Origin: a virus
Lineage: Duplodnaviria; Caudoviricetes
IMG/VR virus record: IMGVR_UViG_2901802297_000002
Location: 15,716 to 79,715 of that record
Reading direction: 5' to 3' (one strand)
DNA: 64,000 bases
The notes beneath the pieces are model-generated. The model was not told the DNA's origin, did not search any database, and saw only the letters and a list, made by a program, of their open reading frames with translations. Each line of letters opens with the position of its first letter. Position 1 is the first letter of the stretch. Position numbers and translations under genes: made by a program. Positions 23,899-33,589 of the stretch are shown one piece after another.

Positions 23899-26403
23899 TC
23901 AGGCTCCAAAATTTGGGATGGGATTACGGATGCACGTCCCGTGCTGAGGATTTGACGGCACTGTTAGGAGTTTTGGGGCAGACCATGCGCCGGTCAGGAC
24001 ATCAGGCCATGCGCCAACAGCATCGCTATAGGAAATACCTGCGCCCTGTGCGTCGATATAAATACGGAACATAGTATTCCCGGCAGCATCTTCACCCAGA
24101 GGCATAACGCTAGGCCCTTCTACGCCACTGCCCCAGCCTGCCCAATCGCCCGTTGTCAGGACTGTATATGGGCCGGTTGGCTCAGATGCCGTAGCAATCT
24201 GGATTTGGCGTGCGCTTTCGTCTTTGAAAAATAGAACCCAACGGTCTTTGTAATAGAATGGGAAGCTATCAATGACGTTTGAATATCCGGTCAGCGAAAT
24301 CAGAACCGGCGTGGACCAATTCAACAGCGTATCGTCAGTCGGGTGCATTTCGTAAATCTGGCTCGCAGCAGAGCCGATATCCAGATGCACAACCAAACGC
24401 AAAACGCCATCAATGGGGTCATGAAACCATTCCGGAGCCCACGTCTGGTGGGATGCCACACCCCCGACTGTACAAACAACGTCAGTGACAAAATCCCAAT
24501 GCCGCCCGTCTGTGGACGAATAGACGGAGAACCGATCCTGATACCCGTTGCCAAAAGAACCCGCCGTGCAGGCCAATAGAAAACGCCCGTTGTGGTAGGT
24601 AATTGTCGGATCACGCATTGTGTGTGCGCTATCAAAAATTAATTCTGTCGGGACATGCTGCCATTCAATGCCGTTATCAGATGAGAGCATGACAAGGCCC
24701 TCAACGCCGCCTGACTCTAAACCCGCCTCTGTTGTCTGAAACGCCCCATACAAAAAACGCCCGAATACCGGCTGCAAACTGTATTTGCTCTGCAACGCAT
24801 CAACAACGGCATTGTATTCCCGCTGGCTCAATGCCCGTTGCCAAATCAACAGTTCGCACAGATCGCCCGTGAAATAGTCTGTCAGAGCGCCAGACGCATT
24901 ATACGTTGCGCCAATAGTGCCAGATTTTCCACCGGGGGACAGAACCGTTGCTGCTGGGGACTTCACGCACGGGATGCTATGCGTTTTCCCTGATGCCACG
25001 GTGACTGTATCGTTGGAATATGTGGCGCCCAGAACCTGCCAGTGACCGAGAGCGCCAGAAACGCGCCCGGCAAACTCGCCGCCGGACAAAGACGTGCCAA
25101 TCTGATAGCCCTGCGCCCGTGCGAAGCCACCGCCAACGCCCATCGGGATAAACCCACGCAATGCGTACGCAGGAGTGCCAGCCGTAGGGCTATCGCATGC
25201 AATGATTGCGGGCCGTGTTGATCCTGCTGTGGTTGTGTTGCGGTAAACCGCAATCACTGTCCCAGGCGTAAACGGAAGCGAGTGGGAGAGTGCAGACACG
25301 CCGTCAAAATGAATTGCAGGCAATTCCCCAATCGCGTTTGCAATTTTAACAGGATTGCCCGCAACAAATGCAGCAGACCACGGTGATGTGGTTTTACTTG
25401 TCCATTCCTGCACAGCGCCAGAAGCGGCGTAAGTTAACCCATAATCTGCATCTAGCCAGAGATCTGGCGCGGCTTCTGTAATAACTGGATCGGTATCGGG
25501 AAGGCCGATATCCATATATGTGCCGTCCGAACCCACCAGCCGTAGCGGTGCAGTCTGGTCTTCCGCCACTTGCAGAATAGAGCCATCTGGCAACGTCAAA
25601 TTGATGGCCAGCATATTTCCGGAGAAATCAATCTCGAACGCGACGTTGCCGTTGCTATCGCAGATAGAGAACCCCGTGCCCCCCGCAGATAGTCTGTGAT
25701 CGCCTACCCCCAGCGCATTGAGAGCTACAATTTCCTGCGCCACCGCAGCCCAGCCAGCGCGGGCAAAATAAACCCATTTGCCGTTTGTAAACCATGCACC
25801 GTCACCAACTGACCACGCGACGTTGCCATCCAGATTTGTCGTGCCCGCAACAGAAACAATATAGAGGTCGCCCTCAGTCCCGGTGCCGCTGGCCAACGCG
25901 GGAGAGTTTGTCGCGGCATCCCAGTAGCCACGGTATTCAAGGGGCGCAGATCCGGACAGAGCTGCCGTCAGCAGCACTTTGGCGGCGTTAGCATCTGCCG
26001 TTACGCCTGCAACCGCGTTTTGAGCGCTGGCGGCTGTATCGTTAATACTGGACGCAATAGTAGCAACCTGCACGCCTGTTTGCGCTGCCTGCGCCGCGCT
26101 TGTCGAAGCTGCCGCCGATGCTGTCTGAGACTGGTTAGCAGACGTTTCTGAGGATGCCGCATGCGTAGCGGCCTGTGTGACATACTGACTCAAGGCCGAG
26201 CCAGAAAGTGCTGCGTTCAGGTCATCCGTTTTTACAACGTCTGATGGTAGTCCCGCATTAACAATATCTTCTGGTTTTGCGAGTTTTGCGTTGCCGCCAA
26301 ATACACCAAGGATGGCATCGCTTGCGGCAACATCCTGCGCTTCAGGCAACGACGAAATCGGCGCACCACTCTGCGTGGTCGCCGTTGAGCTGGTTCCCGA
26401 CAT
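23899..26403 (-). CDS. Tailspike/receptor-binding protein with LamG and GH43-like beta-propeller
   Basis: YRGYWDA..N.P.L module; LWLDA..RALS LamG; RDP, WAPE, ID, EGP glycosidase motifs. Confidence 0.75.
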   Translation of the reverse strand: MSGTSSTATTQSGAPISSLPEAQDVAASDAILGVFGGNAKLAKPEDIVNAGLPSDVVKTDDLNAALSGSALSQYVTQAATHAASSETSANQSQTASAAASTSAAQAAQTGVQVATIASSINDTAASAQNAVAGVTADANAAKVLLTAALSGSAPLEYRGYWDAATNSPALASGTGTEGDLYIVSVAGTTNLDGNVAWSVGDGAWFTNGKWVYFARAGWAAVAQEIVALNALGVGDHRLSAGGTGFSICDSNGNVAFEIDFSGNMLAINLTLPDGSILQVAEDQTAPLRLVGSDGTYMDIGLPDTDPVITEAAPDLWLDADYGLTYAASGAVQEWTSKTTSPWSAAFVAGNPVKIANAIGELPAIHFDGVSALSHSLPFTPGTVIAVYRNTTTAGSTRPAIIACDSPTAGTPAYALRGFIPMGVGGGFARAQGYQIGTSLSGGEFAGRVSGALGHWQVLGATYSNDTVTVASGKTHSIPCVKSPAATVLSPGGKSGTIGATYNASGALTDYFTGDLCELLIWQRALSQREYNAVVDALQSKYSLQPVFGRFLYGAFQTTEAGLESGGVEGLVMLSSDNGIEWQHVPTELIFDSAHTMRDPTITYHNGRFLLACTAGSFGNGYQDRFSVYSSTDGRHWDFVTDVVCTVGGVASHQTWAPEWFHDPIDGVLRLVVHLDIGSAASQIYEMHPTDDTLLNWSTPVLISLTGYSNVIDSFPFYYKDRWVLFFKDESARQIQIATASEPTGPYTVLTTGDWAGWGSGVEGPSVMPLGEDAAGNTMFRIYIDAQGAGISYSDAVGAWPDVLTGAWSAPKLLTVPSNPQHGTCIRNPIPNFGA

Positions 26404-26418
26404 GAGAACTCCGATTAT

Positions 26419-26946
26419 TTATGCAATGAGAAGAGGCTGGCCGTTATCAGCAAGCAAAATTACGCCATCAGGAAGCTGTATGGCATTGGGCGGTATCGGT
26501 GTTCCGTTTGGTAATATTGGTGTTTTTTGCGGATCTGTAGCAGCGAGCGCGCTACTAACTGGCAGTAATATACTAATCGCAGCGCGCCGACCTTGCTGGG
26601 TCAGCAATTTAACATTGATGTTTTGTTGTGTTCCCGGCTGTCCACTGCCCAGCATAAGACATGCCATGCCATTTATTACGCTAGACCACAGACATGATAG
26701 GTCATCAGCTTCACCTAAGCATGTAGTTATTTCAACACTTTCAATAAATGACAAATAATCATTTGTTCCAGCCAGCCAATCACTGGGATCTAGAGAATAA
26801 TCAAGGTTATCTGCACTGGTCTTTTTAGGCCACACAAGCTGTGTGGGTGGAGAGATAACAGCCCCCCTAACCTGCCCCATATTAGGCAACAGAAGTGTAC
26901 GCCCTGGAGCAGGAGACCATCCAATAGACGGAATAGATGGGATCAT
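26419..26946 (-). CDS. Fibre-tail adaptor protein
   Basis: WP.K...D.LDYS.D...WL motif. Confidence 0.65.
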   Translation of the reverse strand: MIPSIPSIGWSPAPGRTLLLPNMGQVRGAVISPPTQLVWPKKTSADNLDYSLDPSDWLAGTNDYLSFIESVEITTCLGEADDLSCLWSSVINGMACLMLGSGQPGTQQNINVKLLTQQGRRAAISILLPVSSALAATDPQKTPILPNGTPIPPNAIQLPDGVILLADNGQPLLIA

Positions 26947-27371
26947 GCTGCTGGCGCCTGCGGTAACGCCGTTGCTACGGTGTCTGTACCATTTTCAATT
27001 GCCTCAAGCGCATTGAGATAAGTTATCCACGCTTCAGGAGTAGCAGCGTTTTTAATCGTATAAGCGTTAAGCACATATGACCGGGCACCTGCCAAAGCTG
27101 CAGTAGCTTCTGTTTTCAAATCAGTTGTGGCTGGAGGCGTATAATCAACAATGACACCATCCAGAACACCTTTACCCAGAGGCAGACGGAATGATGACTG
27201 ATCTGCCCAATTTTCTGATGACACAGGTATCATATCAGACGCTAGTGGAACATTCGCCAGATTGGACATTACCCACGTATCATACCAACCAGTCACACGG
27301 GTGGGCTGCTGAGCTGTCTTATCGTAACTGGCATAGTAACGATCGGGATACAGTGTTTTCACGTCAGTCAT
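26943..27371 (-). CDS. Tail fibre assembly protein
   Basis: Follows the fibre gene; W..Y..AL..I....LP.AP C-terminus. Confidence 0.65.
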   Translation of the reverse strand: MTDVKTLYPDRYYASYDKTAQQPTRVTGWYDTWVMSNLANVPLASDMIPVSSENWADQSSFRLPLGKGVLDGVIVDYTPPATTDLKTEATAALAGARSYVLNAYTIKNAATPEAWITYLNALEAIENGTDTVATALPQAPAA

Positions 27372-28432
27372 CACGGTGTTCCTGATACGAGAAAGTTCAC
27401 GCTGGTTGCTCCATTTGTCTGAATTTGGAACCCCGTTGCTGTCCACCCGCCCAAAACTGATACAGAAGCGTTACTGCCATTTGTCAAACCGTGACTGATA
27501 ACAACTGACGTTGGCGCAGAAGACAGAGCTTGAGGTAGTGTAATGTCGTGCACGCCGCTGCTATCAACGGCCACTACAAAATCCTGCAAAAGTTTACCGC
27601 CGCTGAGGCCTATAATGTAATTACCAGATGGTTGGTAATTACCTGCTGGCTGATAGTTGCCTTTTGGCTGTGCATAATCAGTTAAAGATTTGGACAAATA
27701 TGCAAGCGTTGGTACAGCCAGCGAAACGTTACCGCCTGTAACCTGCACATATGAATTATTGGCAGCAGAATCCCAGTTGCAGCCTTGAATATTTGTAAGT
27801 GACGTATTTCCTGAACCAGAAGCCGCGGAGAAATAAGGTAAGACATCAGCTGCCTTTAGAAACTTATTTCCACTCGGATCATAGATGTAACCATCGCCAC
27901 GAAAATAGAAGTTCGTTTGCGTGCCGTCATATGCAGTAAACTGCAGAAGTCCGCCTGATCGGTAATCACCGCCTTTGCCGTTTACGTCTGTGACAGATAG
28001 CGAAACCGCCATCTTGCCATAGCCGTAAGCCGTTATTCCATCAGACCATACATAATCCCCAGTCTGAATAGCCCCATCTGCTCCAGAGCCACCCGACATA
28101 ACACGGGAGTTCCCTGCCACCATCCAACCGTTGGAGGTTACCCAGGCAGCCGTGTCGCCGCTTTTGAGGAAGTATGCACTCTCAGAGCCTGTAGCTATCT
28201 GACTGATAGCCTTGAACAGCTGCGTATTATCCGTTCTGTCTGGAGTTAATTTTGCTCCGACAATAACGTTATATATTTCTGCCAACAGGGCATTGTACGC
28301 ATATGCAGGAAAAACCGTGCGTGCAATTTGCTTAACCGGATCTCCATCCGTTGCCCAACCAGGTGTTCCTGTTTCTGGGGCAGTATCAGCTTTGCTGGCA
28401 TCAACTGTGCCAGGAGCGATTAAAAGATCCAT
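27371..28432 (-). CDS. Tail fibre protein
   Basis: Mu S-like N-terminus (G..TDG.P...T...A...N...E); GNYQP repeats. Confidence 0.8.
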   Translation of the reverse strand: MDLLIAPGTVDASKADTAPETGTPGWATDGDPVKQIARTVFPAYAYNALLAEIYNVIVGAKLTPDRTDNTQLFKAISQIATGSESAYFLKSGDTAAWVTSNGWMVAGNSRVMSGGSGADGAIQTGDYVWSDGITAYGYGKMAVSLSVTDVNGKGGDYRSGGLLQFTAYDGTQTNFYFRGDGYIYDPSGNKFLKAADVLPYFSAASGSGNTSLTNIQGCNWDSAANNSYVQVTGGNVSLAVPTLAYLSKSLTDYAQPKGNYQPAGNYQPSGNYIIGLSGGKLLQDFVVAVDSSGVHDITLPQALSSAPTSVVISHGLTNGSNASVSVLGGWTATGFQIQTNGATSVNFLVSGTP

Positions 28433-28435
28433 CGT

Positions 28436-28984
28436 TTAACCTGTATATTCAAAATATATGGTTGTTCCTGCTTGGGATGCGCGCCGCATTTCATATTCGA
28501 ACACCGTGTGATCATCCGTGCTGGGTGAATCTACAGTGATGACATAGACAAAATTCCACTCCTCCCCACCAAAGGGAGAGCCAAATGTCATGCCAAAATA
28601 AGATGCTCTGCACGGCGTAACTGTTGCGCTATACCCAAGTGTTTTCGCCAGATCTTCCAATGCAGGTATGCTGATACTTTGATCACCGCATAACCGCGCC
28701 ACTACCTGCCCTTGCGCCTGTGCAAGCGTAGGTGCTGTGGTTTGAACTGCATCGGGAAGCCCCAGCGTTTTCTGCCACTCAGGAAGAAGCTCATCTGTTG
28801 TAGCTGGGAATGCATCAGTCAGCAGGTTGGAAGCTCTCTCTCCATTGCGTTGGAAAGTCTGAGCCCAAATCCCAGCTAGTTTGTATAAAACGCCATCAAC
28901 GGAACGAGACCAGATTGGACCACGCGGCAGGAGAGATAAAACGGCGCTACGGAAATTCTCAACAGAGAAGAGAGGAGCCGCCAT
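28436..28984 (-). CDS. Baseplate wedge protein, Mu gp48/DUF2313
   Basis: LLPRG.IW; P.T..ELLPEW...LGLPD. Confidence 0.85.
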   Translation of the reverse strand: MAAPLFSVENFRSAVLSLLPRGPIWSRSVDGVLYKLAGIWAQTFQRNGERASNLLTDAFPATTDELLPEWQKTLGLPDAVQTTAPTLAQAQGQVVARLCGDQSISIPALEDLAKTLGYSATVTPCRASYFGMTFGSPFGGEEWNFVYVITVDSPSTDDHTVFEYEMRRASQAGTTIYFEYTG

Positions 28985-28987
28985 ATA

Positions 28988-30103
28988 TCAGCTCTCCGTT
29001 GTCAGTGTTCCAAGAACAGGCATGGACCCTGCTGTTTCAGGAACAATAGGGCCTGATGGACTGGTGATATCGTAAGACGACAGCCCGATGGCCGCGACAG
29101 CTTCTTGCCATGCATTTTCATGAATGGTCACACCTGGGCCGCTCAAACGCAGAAACATATCCTGCAAAGCGGCTTTGATGAGGGCCTGATTGGCTTCAGT
29201 ATTCTCAGACCCAAGATCTGAGATCACAAAGTCTGTCGCCTGGGCAATTGGCGCACACACAACCACTAGCGGTGTTGCCGGCTCTTTTTCCCATACAGCG
29301 TTTGCTACCGTGAGCTGGTCACCTGTAGCAGTTGTATAGCGCGTATCATTGCTGGACGCGCCATCTGTTCCCTGTGGGAAGCCACCCTCTGCAGCATTTG
29401 CATCATCCATCATAACGTAGATGACTACAGAGCCAGATCCAAAGCCGTTAGGCACAACCCATGCACGGGTTACGCCCGCCACTGCTTCGGCCCACTCCTT
29501 GTAATCTGCTGCCGTGCCGTATCCACCGGGGTTCTGATAGGCATCCAGAACGCGGGAACGGAACTCATCCTGCGTTTCAATATCTGCCCCACCAGTAAAG
29601 GCAGTGCTAACGGATCCAGTCGTCTGCACACCTTCAACTGGGCTGGACAACGTAGCCAGAGATCCGGCTGCAATGTTACCGGCAGCGCCAGTGCTGGAGC
29701 ACTCAGCCTGGGCAACTGTTTGACCATTTATCGTAACTGAATCTGCAGTCGTTATGGCTGAAAGCGCCCCGCCTAGAATGATTGTGGTTCCGGCCGGAAT
29801 AATGTTGTTACCAGTGACAGTGAATGTAACGCTACCAGAAGCCGCTGTGGCATCCTTCAGGTAAATCCCCTTCAATGCCCCCCATGCGGCCAGATACTCG
29901 TCTGTAGCCGTCCATGGCACGGCCTGCTTGGCTATCCAGTCCAGGTATCCATAATGCAGCCACGCCAGCCCAGCTAAGGCATAGGTAATGACAGTGATGA
30001 CAGAAAAACGCAAAACGGCGGAAACATTGCTGATTCCGCCGTCTAGAACATCCTGTAATGCCTGCTGGCGCAGCTGCGTCAGCGTAGGCCGTGCATATGG
30101 CAT
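28988..30103 (-). CDS. Baseplate J / Mu gp47
   Basis: MPY.RPTL, GGAD.E....R.R, DY..WA..V.GV.RAW. Confidence 0.9.
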   Translation of the reverse strand: MPYARPTLTQLRQQALQDVLDGGISNVSAVLRFSVITVITYALAGLAWLHYGYLDWIAKQAVPWTATDEYLAAWGALKGIYLKDATAASGSVTFTVTGNNIIPAGTTIILGGALSAITTADSVTINGQTVAQAECSSTGAAGNIAAGSLATLSSPVEGVQTTGSVSTAFTGGADIETQDEFRSRVLDAYQNPGGYGTAADYKEWAEAVAGVTRAWVVPNGFGSGSVVIYVMMDDANAAEGGFPQGTDGASSNDTRYTTATGDQLTVANAVWEKEPATPLVVVCAPIAQATDFVISDLGSENTEANQALIKAALQDMFLRLSGPGVTIHENAWQEAVAAIGLSSYDITSPSGPIVPETAGSMPVLGTLTTES

Positions 30104-30106
30104 CTA

Positions 30107-30607
30107 CTAGCTCATCCCTTCCCATGCCCACGAGAACAGGAATTCCTGCGTGGCCGTTTTTCCAGGTTCCGTAATTTTCACTGTGAATAGAAGTGCTGGC
30201 GCGGATCCACTGGCCCATTCTGCCGTCACGTTAATCGATTGAGCCACACCGTCCGTTACAAGCCATTCCAGTGCTTCGTAACATATGGCCTCAACCTCAC
30301 GCAGCGCAGACGTTTGGTCAGCCTTAATGGTACGCGCCATTTGCCATAGGCGAGATCCAATAGGCATTTCTGCATACGCATCTGCCCACCAGCCGCGCCG
30401 ATCTTCCTTATTGGAACCAGCGGCGTCTGGAGCGCCACGAATGCCAACTGCAGCCGCATCTGCCGTAACTGTTTCTGGTGCCACGCGGTCAGTAAACAGA
30501 CTGACCATAACCGCAGATTTTAACGGGCTATCAAGCGCAATATCTCCGCCCTCAATAACAAAATCGCCGCAGCATTCATTTGGTATCCAGCGGATTGCAA
30601 TGTCCAT
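30107..30607 (-). CDS. Mu gp46-like baseplate protein
   Basis: AV..SLFTDR, RGWW.D, IGSRLW, EAL.WL. Confidence 0.88.
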   Translation of the reverse strand: MDIAIRWIPNECCGDFVIEGGDIALDSPLKSAVMVSLFTDRVAPETVTADAAAVGIRGAPDAAGSNKEDRRGWWADAYAEMPIGSRLWQMARTIKADQTSALREVEAICYEALEWLVTDGVAQSINVTAEWASGSAPALLFTVKITEPGKTATQEFLFSWAWEGMS

Positions 30608-30608
30608 A

Positions 30609-31139
30609 TTATCCCTCTGGCGCGCCTGTTTCACCTGGTGCATCCGTAACTGGATGCGTGTGGTCTGTTAGGCTGATGCTGCCAGCCACAACGTCTTTCT
30701 TCCCGGTGATTGTTCCCGTAGAGGTTATGTCTCCTGAAACATCCATACCACCGCAGGTCACATTGATTTTGTTCTTACCGGTATCAATAGAAATGCTGCC
30801 ATCTTCCTTCAGGATGATGGAGCTTCCTGACGTTGGGTGGAAAAGACAAACCTCTCCAGGCTGTAGACCGGGAGGCAGATGACGTTGATCACCTGTGGCA
30901 ATCACAACGCCCCGTGTTCTATCGCCACCTTGAAACAGGACAGCAGCATCACAACCGGACGTTGGCCTGCTGCGAAAACCATATTGCTGCATGAGGGGAA
31001 CGTCAGAGCGCATTTCACCAGCAGCCAATGCCAGCTGCATGGTAGGTGTGGATTTGCTTTCATCTGTATCTGATGTCTGGCGTGCCAGACCCAAGGCCAT
31101 CATCACCCGGCGCCCAAGGCGCTGTAAAGGAGATGCCAT
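30609..31139 (-). CDS. Baseplate spike (Mu gp45)
   Basis: QQYGF.S.P, L.PGEV, HTH C-terminus. Confidence 0.88.
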   Translation of the reverse strand: MASPLQRLGRRVMMALGLARQTSDTDESKSTPTMQLALAAGEMRSDVPLMQQYGFRSRPTSGCDAAVLFQGGDRTRGVVIATGDQRHLPPGLQPGEVCLFHPTSGSSIILKEDGSISIDTGKNKINVTCGGMDVSGDITSTGTITGKKDVVAGSISLTDHTHPVTDAPGETGAPEG

Positions 31140-32287
31140 CAGTCCCTGCTCACTGCTGCGGTAACTTCATTCTGTTCAGCAGGAAGCACCAAGGGCTCTG
31201 GAACAAATGCATCAGATGGCATCAACACCATATTGGCATGCGTTCCGTCTTCTCCCTGCACTAGTTCCAATTCGCCCAACAGCAGATCATTCCGGCTGCT
31301 AGACGCGCGTGTAAGAGGGATGAGCGTATTGGGAGCCCACAATGTACCTGATCCATCCCGCCAGCTGCTAACAGTTGCCTCAATCACCTGGGAACGCCCA
31401 TAGCGCCGTGCCACTTCCCACTGCACGCGTTTACGCGCAACGCTGTAATTATCATCGGCCAACTCCACCGGGATAAGGAGTGGCCTTCGGCGTGGGACAC
31501 CCGGATCTGATGCACTGGCATTAACTGGTGCTGTTTGCGCCTGCATTTGCTGAGCATGTTTGTCCCCATCAGCTGGAGGCGTAAACAAAATGGCCGGGTT
31601 TTGAATAATGGCTTGCACACTGGAAAAACGGCCTTCCAATGATGAAAGAGAAACAAGCCGTTCCATATTAACGCCCTGCTGCACGCCTCCACTGGCAACC
31701 GTTGTTCCAACAGGACTGAGCACAATGGTGCCATCAGGCTGATCATAGAAAATACAGCCTGCCAAACGGCATACGCGTTCAATAACCTCGTAGGCAGTTT
31801 CCGTCAGAATAACGGAAAACTGCTGTATCTGGATATCGCCCGCCCCACCTACCGCTGAAACACTGATGCCAAATGGCTGACAAACCTGCTGGGCAATGCC
31901 CAAGGCCGTTGTGTTATTCATCTGGTATGTGGAAAACTCAGCCGAGCATTCCACCAGATCCACCGATCTGGAAGCAATGACCACACGATATACGTGCTCC
32001 TGCGGCGTAAGCTCTTCTGATACGCTCTGCACGTATCCGGTAAGCACCGTATCTCCGCCAATAGACAGAACACACGCCGCTCCGGCAGGGATATCCACGC
32101 TGGCTCCTGTATCTGGCTGATACAGAGTTGTTTCCAGCATGGCTGTCCAGGGCATGATATCCACCCCCATGCGAATGGAAACTCTACCCCAGCCTGAAAT
32201 TTGGTTCCCATTGACTGTGATTGAAACTGCATTGGATGCTGTCTGATCATAGCCAACAAATTCAGATACTGTTGAAAGCACAGACAT
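31139..32287 (-). CDS. Baseplate hub (Mu gp44/P)
   Basis: GW..V.I, DLV.CS, WR...G.LW.PN. Confidence 0.88.
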   Translation of the reverse strand: MSVLSTVSEFVGYDQTASNAVSITVNGNQISGWGRVSIRMGVDIMPWTAMLETTLYQPDTGASVDIPAGAACVLSIGGDTVLTGYVQSVSEELTPQEHVYRVVIASRSVDLVECSAEFSTYQMNNTTALGIAQQVCQPFGISVSAVGGAGDIQIQQFSVILTETAYEVIERVCRLAGCIFYDQPDGTIVLSPVGTTVASGGVQQGVNMERLVSLSSLEGRFSSVQAIIQNPAILFTPPADGDKHAQQMQAQTAPVNASASDPGVPRRRPLLIPVELADDNYSVARKRVQWEVARRYGRSQVIEATVSSWRDGSGTLWAPNTLIPLTRASSSRNDLLLGELELVQGEDGTHANMVLMPSDAFVPEPLVLPAEQNEVTAAVSRD

Positions 32288-33585
32288 CAGGAAGACAAAG
32301 CCTCAAACTGCGTGGGCATAAATGCGGGATGTATGGGATCTGCCCGCCGGATCAGATCTGGCGCCCTGCTGGCATCTGCATATAGCTGCTGCCCCAGAAC
32401 CAGAGCTGGAACCGGTGCGTTGCGTGTGACGGTAATCTGGTCAGGCAGTTGGCTTGCACGCTGCGACAGATCTGTTGTGACCTGAACACGAAGTGAGCGA
32501 AGAGCCCGCCACATATCATCAAGCCCTGCATCTGCTGCCTCTGTGGCGGCATCATCCAGCAAGGTAGCCACACGCAACCGTAGGTTTTCTGCTTCCTCAG
32601 CTGATGTTGGCTGCCAGGTGGCACATGCCAGCGCGATAGACGTAAAGGCCATCCAGCAGCAGATCTGCGCGGTAGATGTAGATGCCGTGGCAATAGCGGA
32701 TCCGATAGGTGCTGATGATGGCGTAACATCAATCTTATACGTGGCCATTGGCAGCAATACGCTAATCTGCGTGCCCGGATCATTGATGGCTTGACGCAGT
32801 TGCTCGGTAACATTCAGCACAGCATCAGCTAGGGAAGTTGCTGTAGTTTGCTCTTGGGCATTTTCAATCAGGCTATCAATTTTCGTTCGGGAAGCTGTTA
32901 GATTCTGCAGGACGGAATCAACGGTTGCCGTGCTATCTATTGTCCCGGCATTCCCCGCAGCATAACGCCCATTATTGCCTGGTAGCGTAGCAATGGCCGC
33001 ACTGTTTACACGTGGTGAACGTATGGCAGAACTGGCCAAGTTTCCCCATCCACCAACAACGCTTTGAGCTGCGGAAATAACCGGGCTGCCAACAGACAGG
33101 GATGATGTGACCGCACCTGAATACGTGGTGCTGCCGACCATCTGTGCGGCCAAAGCTGCCGCGCCAATGGCTGCATCCAGAGATGTTTGAATGATTGTGC
33201 TGAGATAGTTTTTCTGTTCCAGAAAATCGAAATCAACATCAATACGGCCCATAATGCCGTCTGGTTCCATCCATGAGAAATTGCTTAATGTAACCCGCAA
33301 AATCCCAAGTGTTGGGTGAACCAGCAAACCGGCATCTGCCGCTTCTGCTGCGTTAATCAGCAGATCTCTCTGCGCCATATATTCAGGCCCGCACACAAAC
33401 CCACGCACATGATACATCCGGGCACGGCGCCCCAGATCTTCTGTCCATACGCCATCACGGTATGGATAATCATGCACAGCCTGCTTGCGGCCTGCCTGCC
33501 CGCCGCTGCCCAGCACAACAAACGGAACGCCCCAGAAGGAGCATTGCAAATACTCTTCTGCCAGAGTGGTAAGTGTGCCGGACAT
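32287..33585 (-). CDS. Mu N-like DNA circularization protein
   Basis: SF.GVPF, H.YPYRD..W.EDLGR, G.LVHP, HPAF. Confidence 0.88.
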   Translation of the reverse strand: MSGTLTTLAEEYLQCSFWGVPFVVLGSGGQAGRKQAVHDYPYRDGVWTEDLGRRARMYHVRGFVCGPEYMAQRDLLINAAEAADAGLLVHPTLGILRVTLSNFSWMEPDGIMGRIDVDFDFLEQKNYLSTIIQTSLDAAIGAAALAAQMVGSTTYSGAVTSSLSVGSPVISAAQSVVGGWGNLASSAIRSPRVNSAAIATLPGNNGRYAAGNAGTIDSTATVDSVLQNLTASRTKIDSLIENAQEQTTATSLADAVLNVTEQLRQAINDPGTQISVLLPMATYKIDVTPSSAPIGSAIATASTSTAQICCWMAFTSIALACATWQPTSAEEAENLRLRVATLLDDAATEAADAGLDDMWRALRSLRVQVTTDLSQRASQLPDQITVTRNAPVPALVLGQQLYADASRAPDLIRRADPIHPAFMPTQFEALSS

Positions 33586-33589
33586 GGCG

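Noticed and set aside
27620-27665. GNYQP tandem repeats in the tail fibre
   Set aside because: Ordinary fibre shaft repeats.
23062-28432. Invertible tail-fibre cassette or DGR driven by the second recombinase
   Set aside because: No inverted duplicate fibre genes, flanking inverted sites, reverse transcriptase or TR/VR pair seen; each phage shows only one core site.
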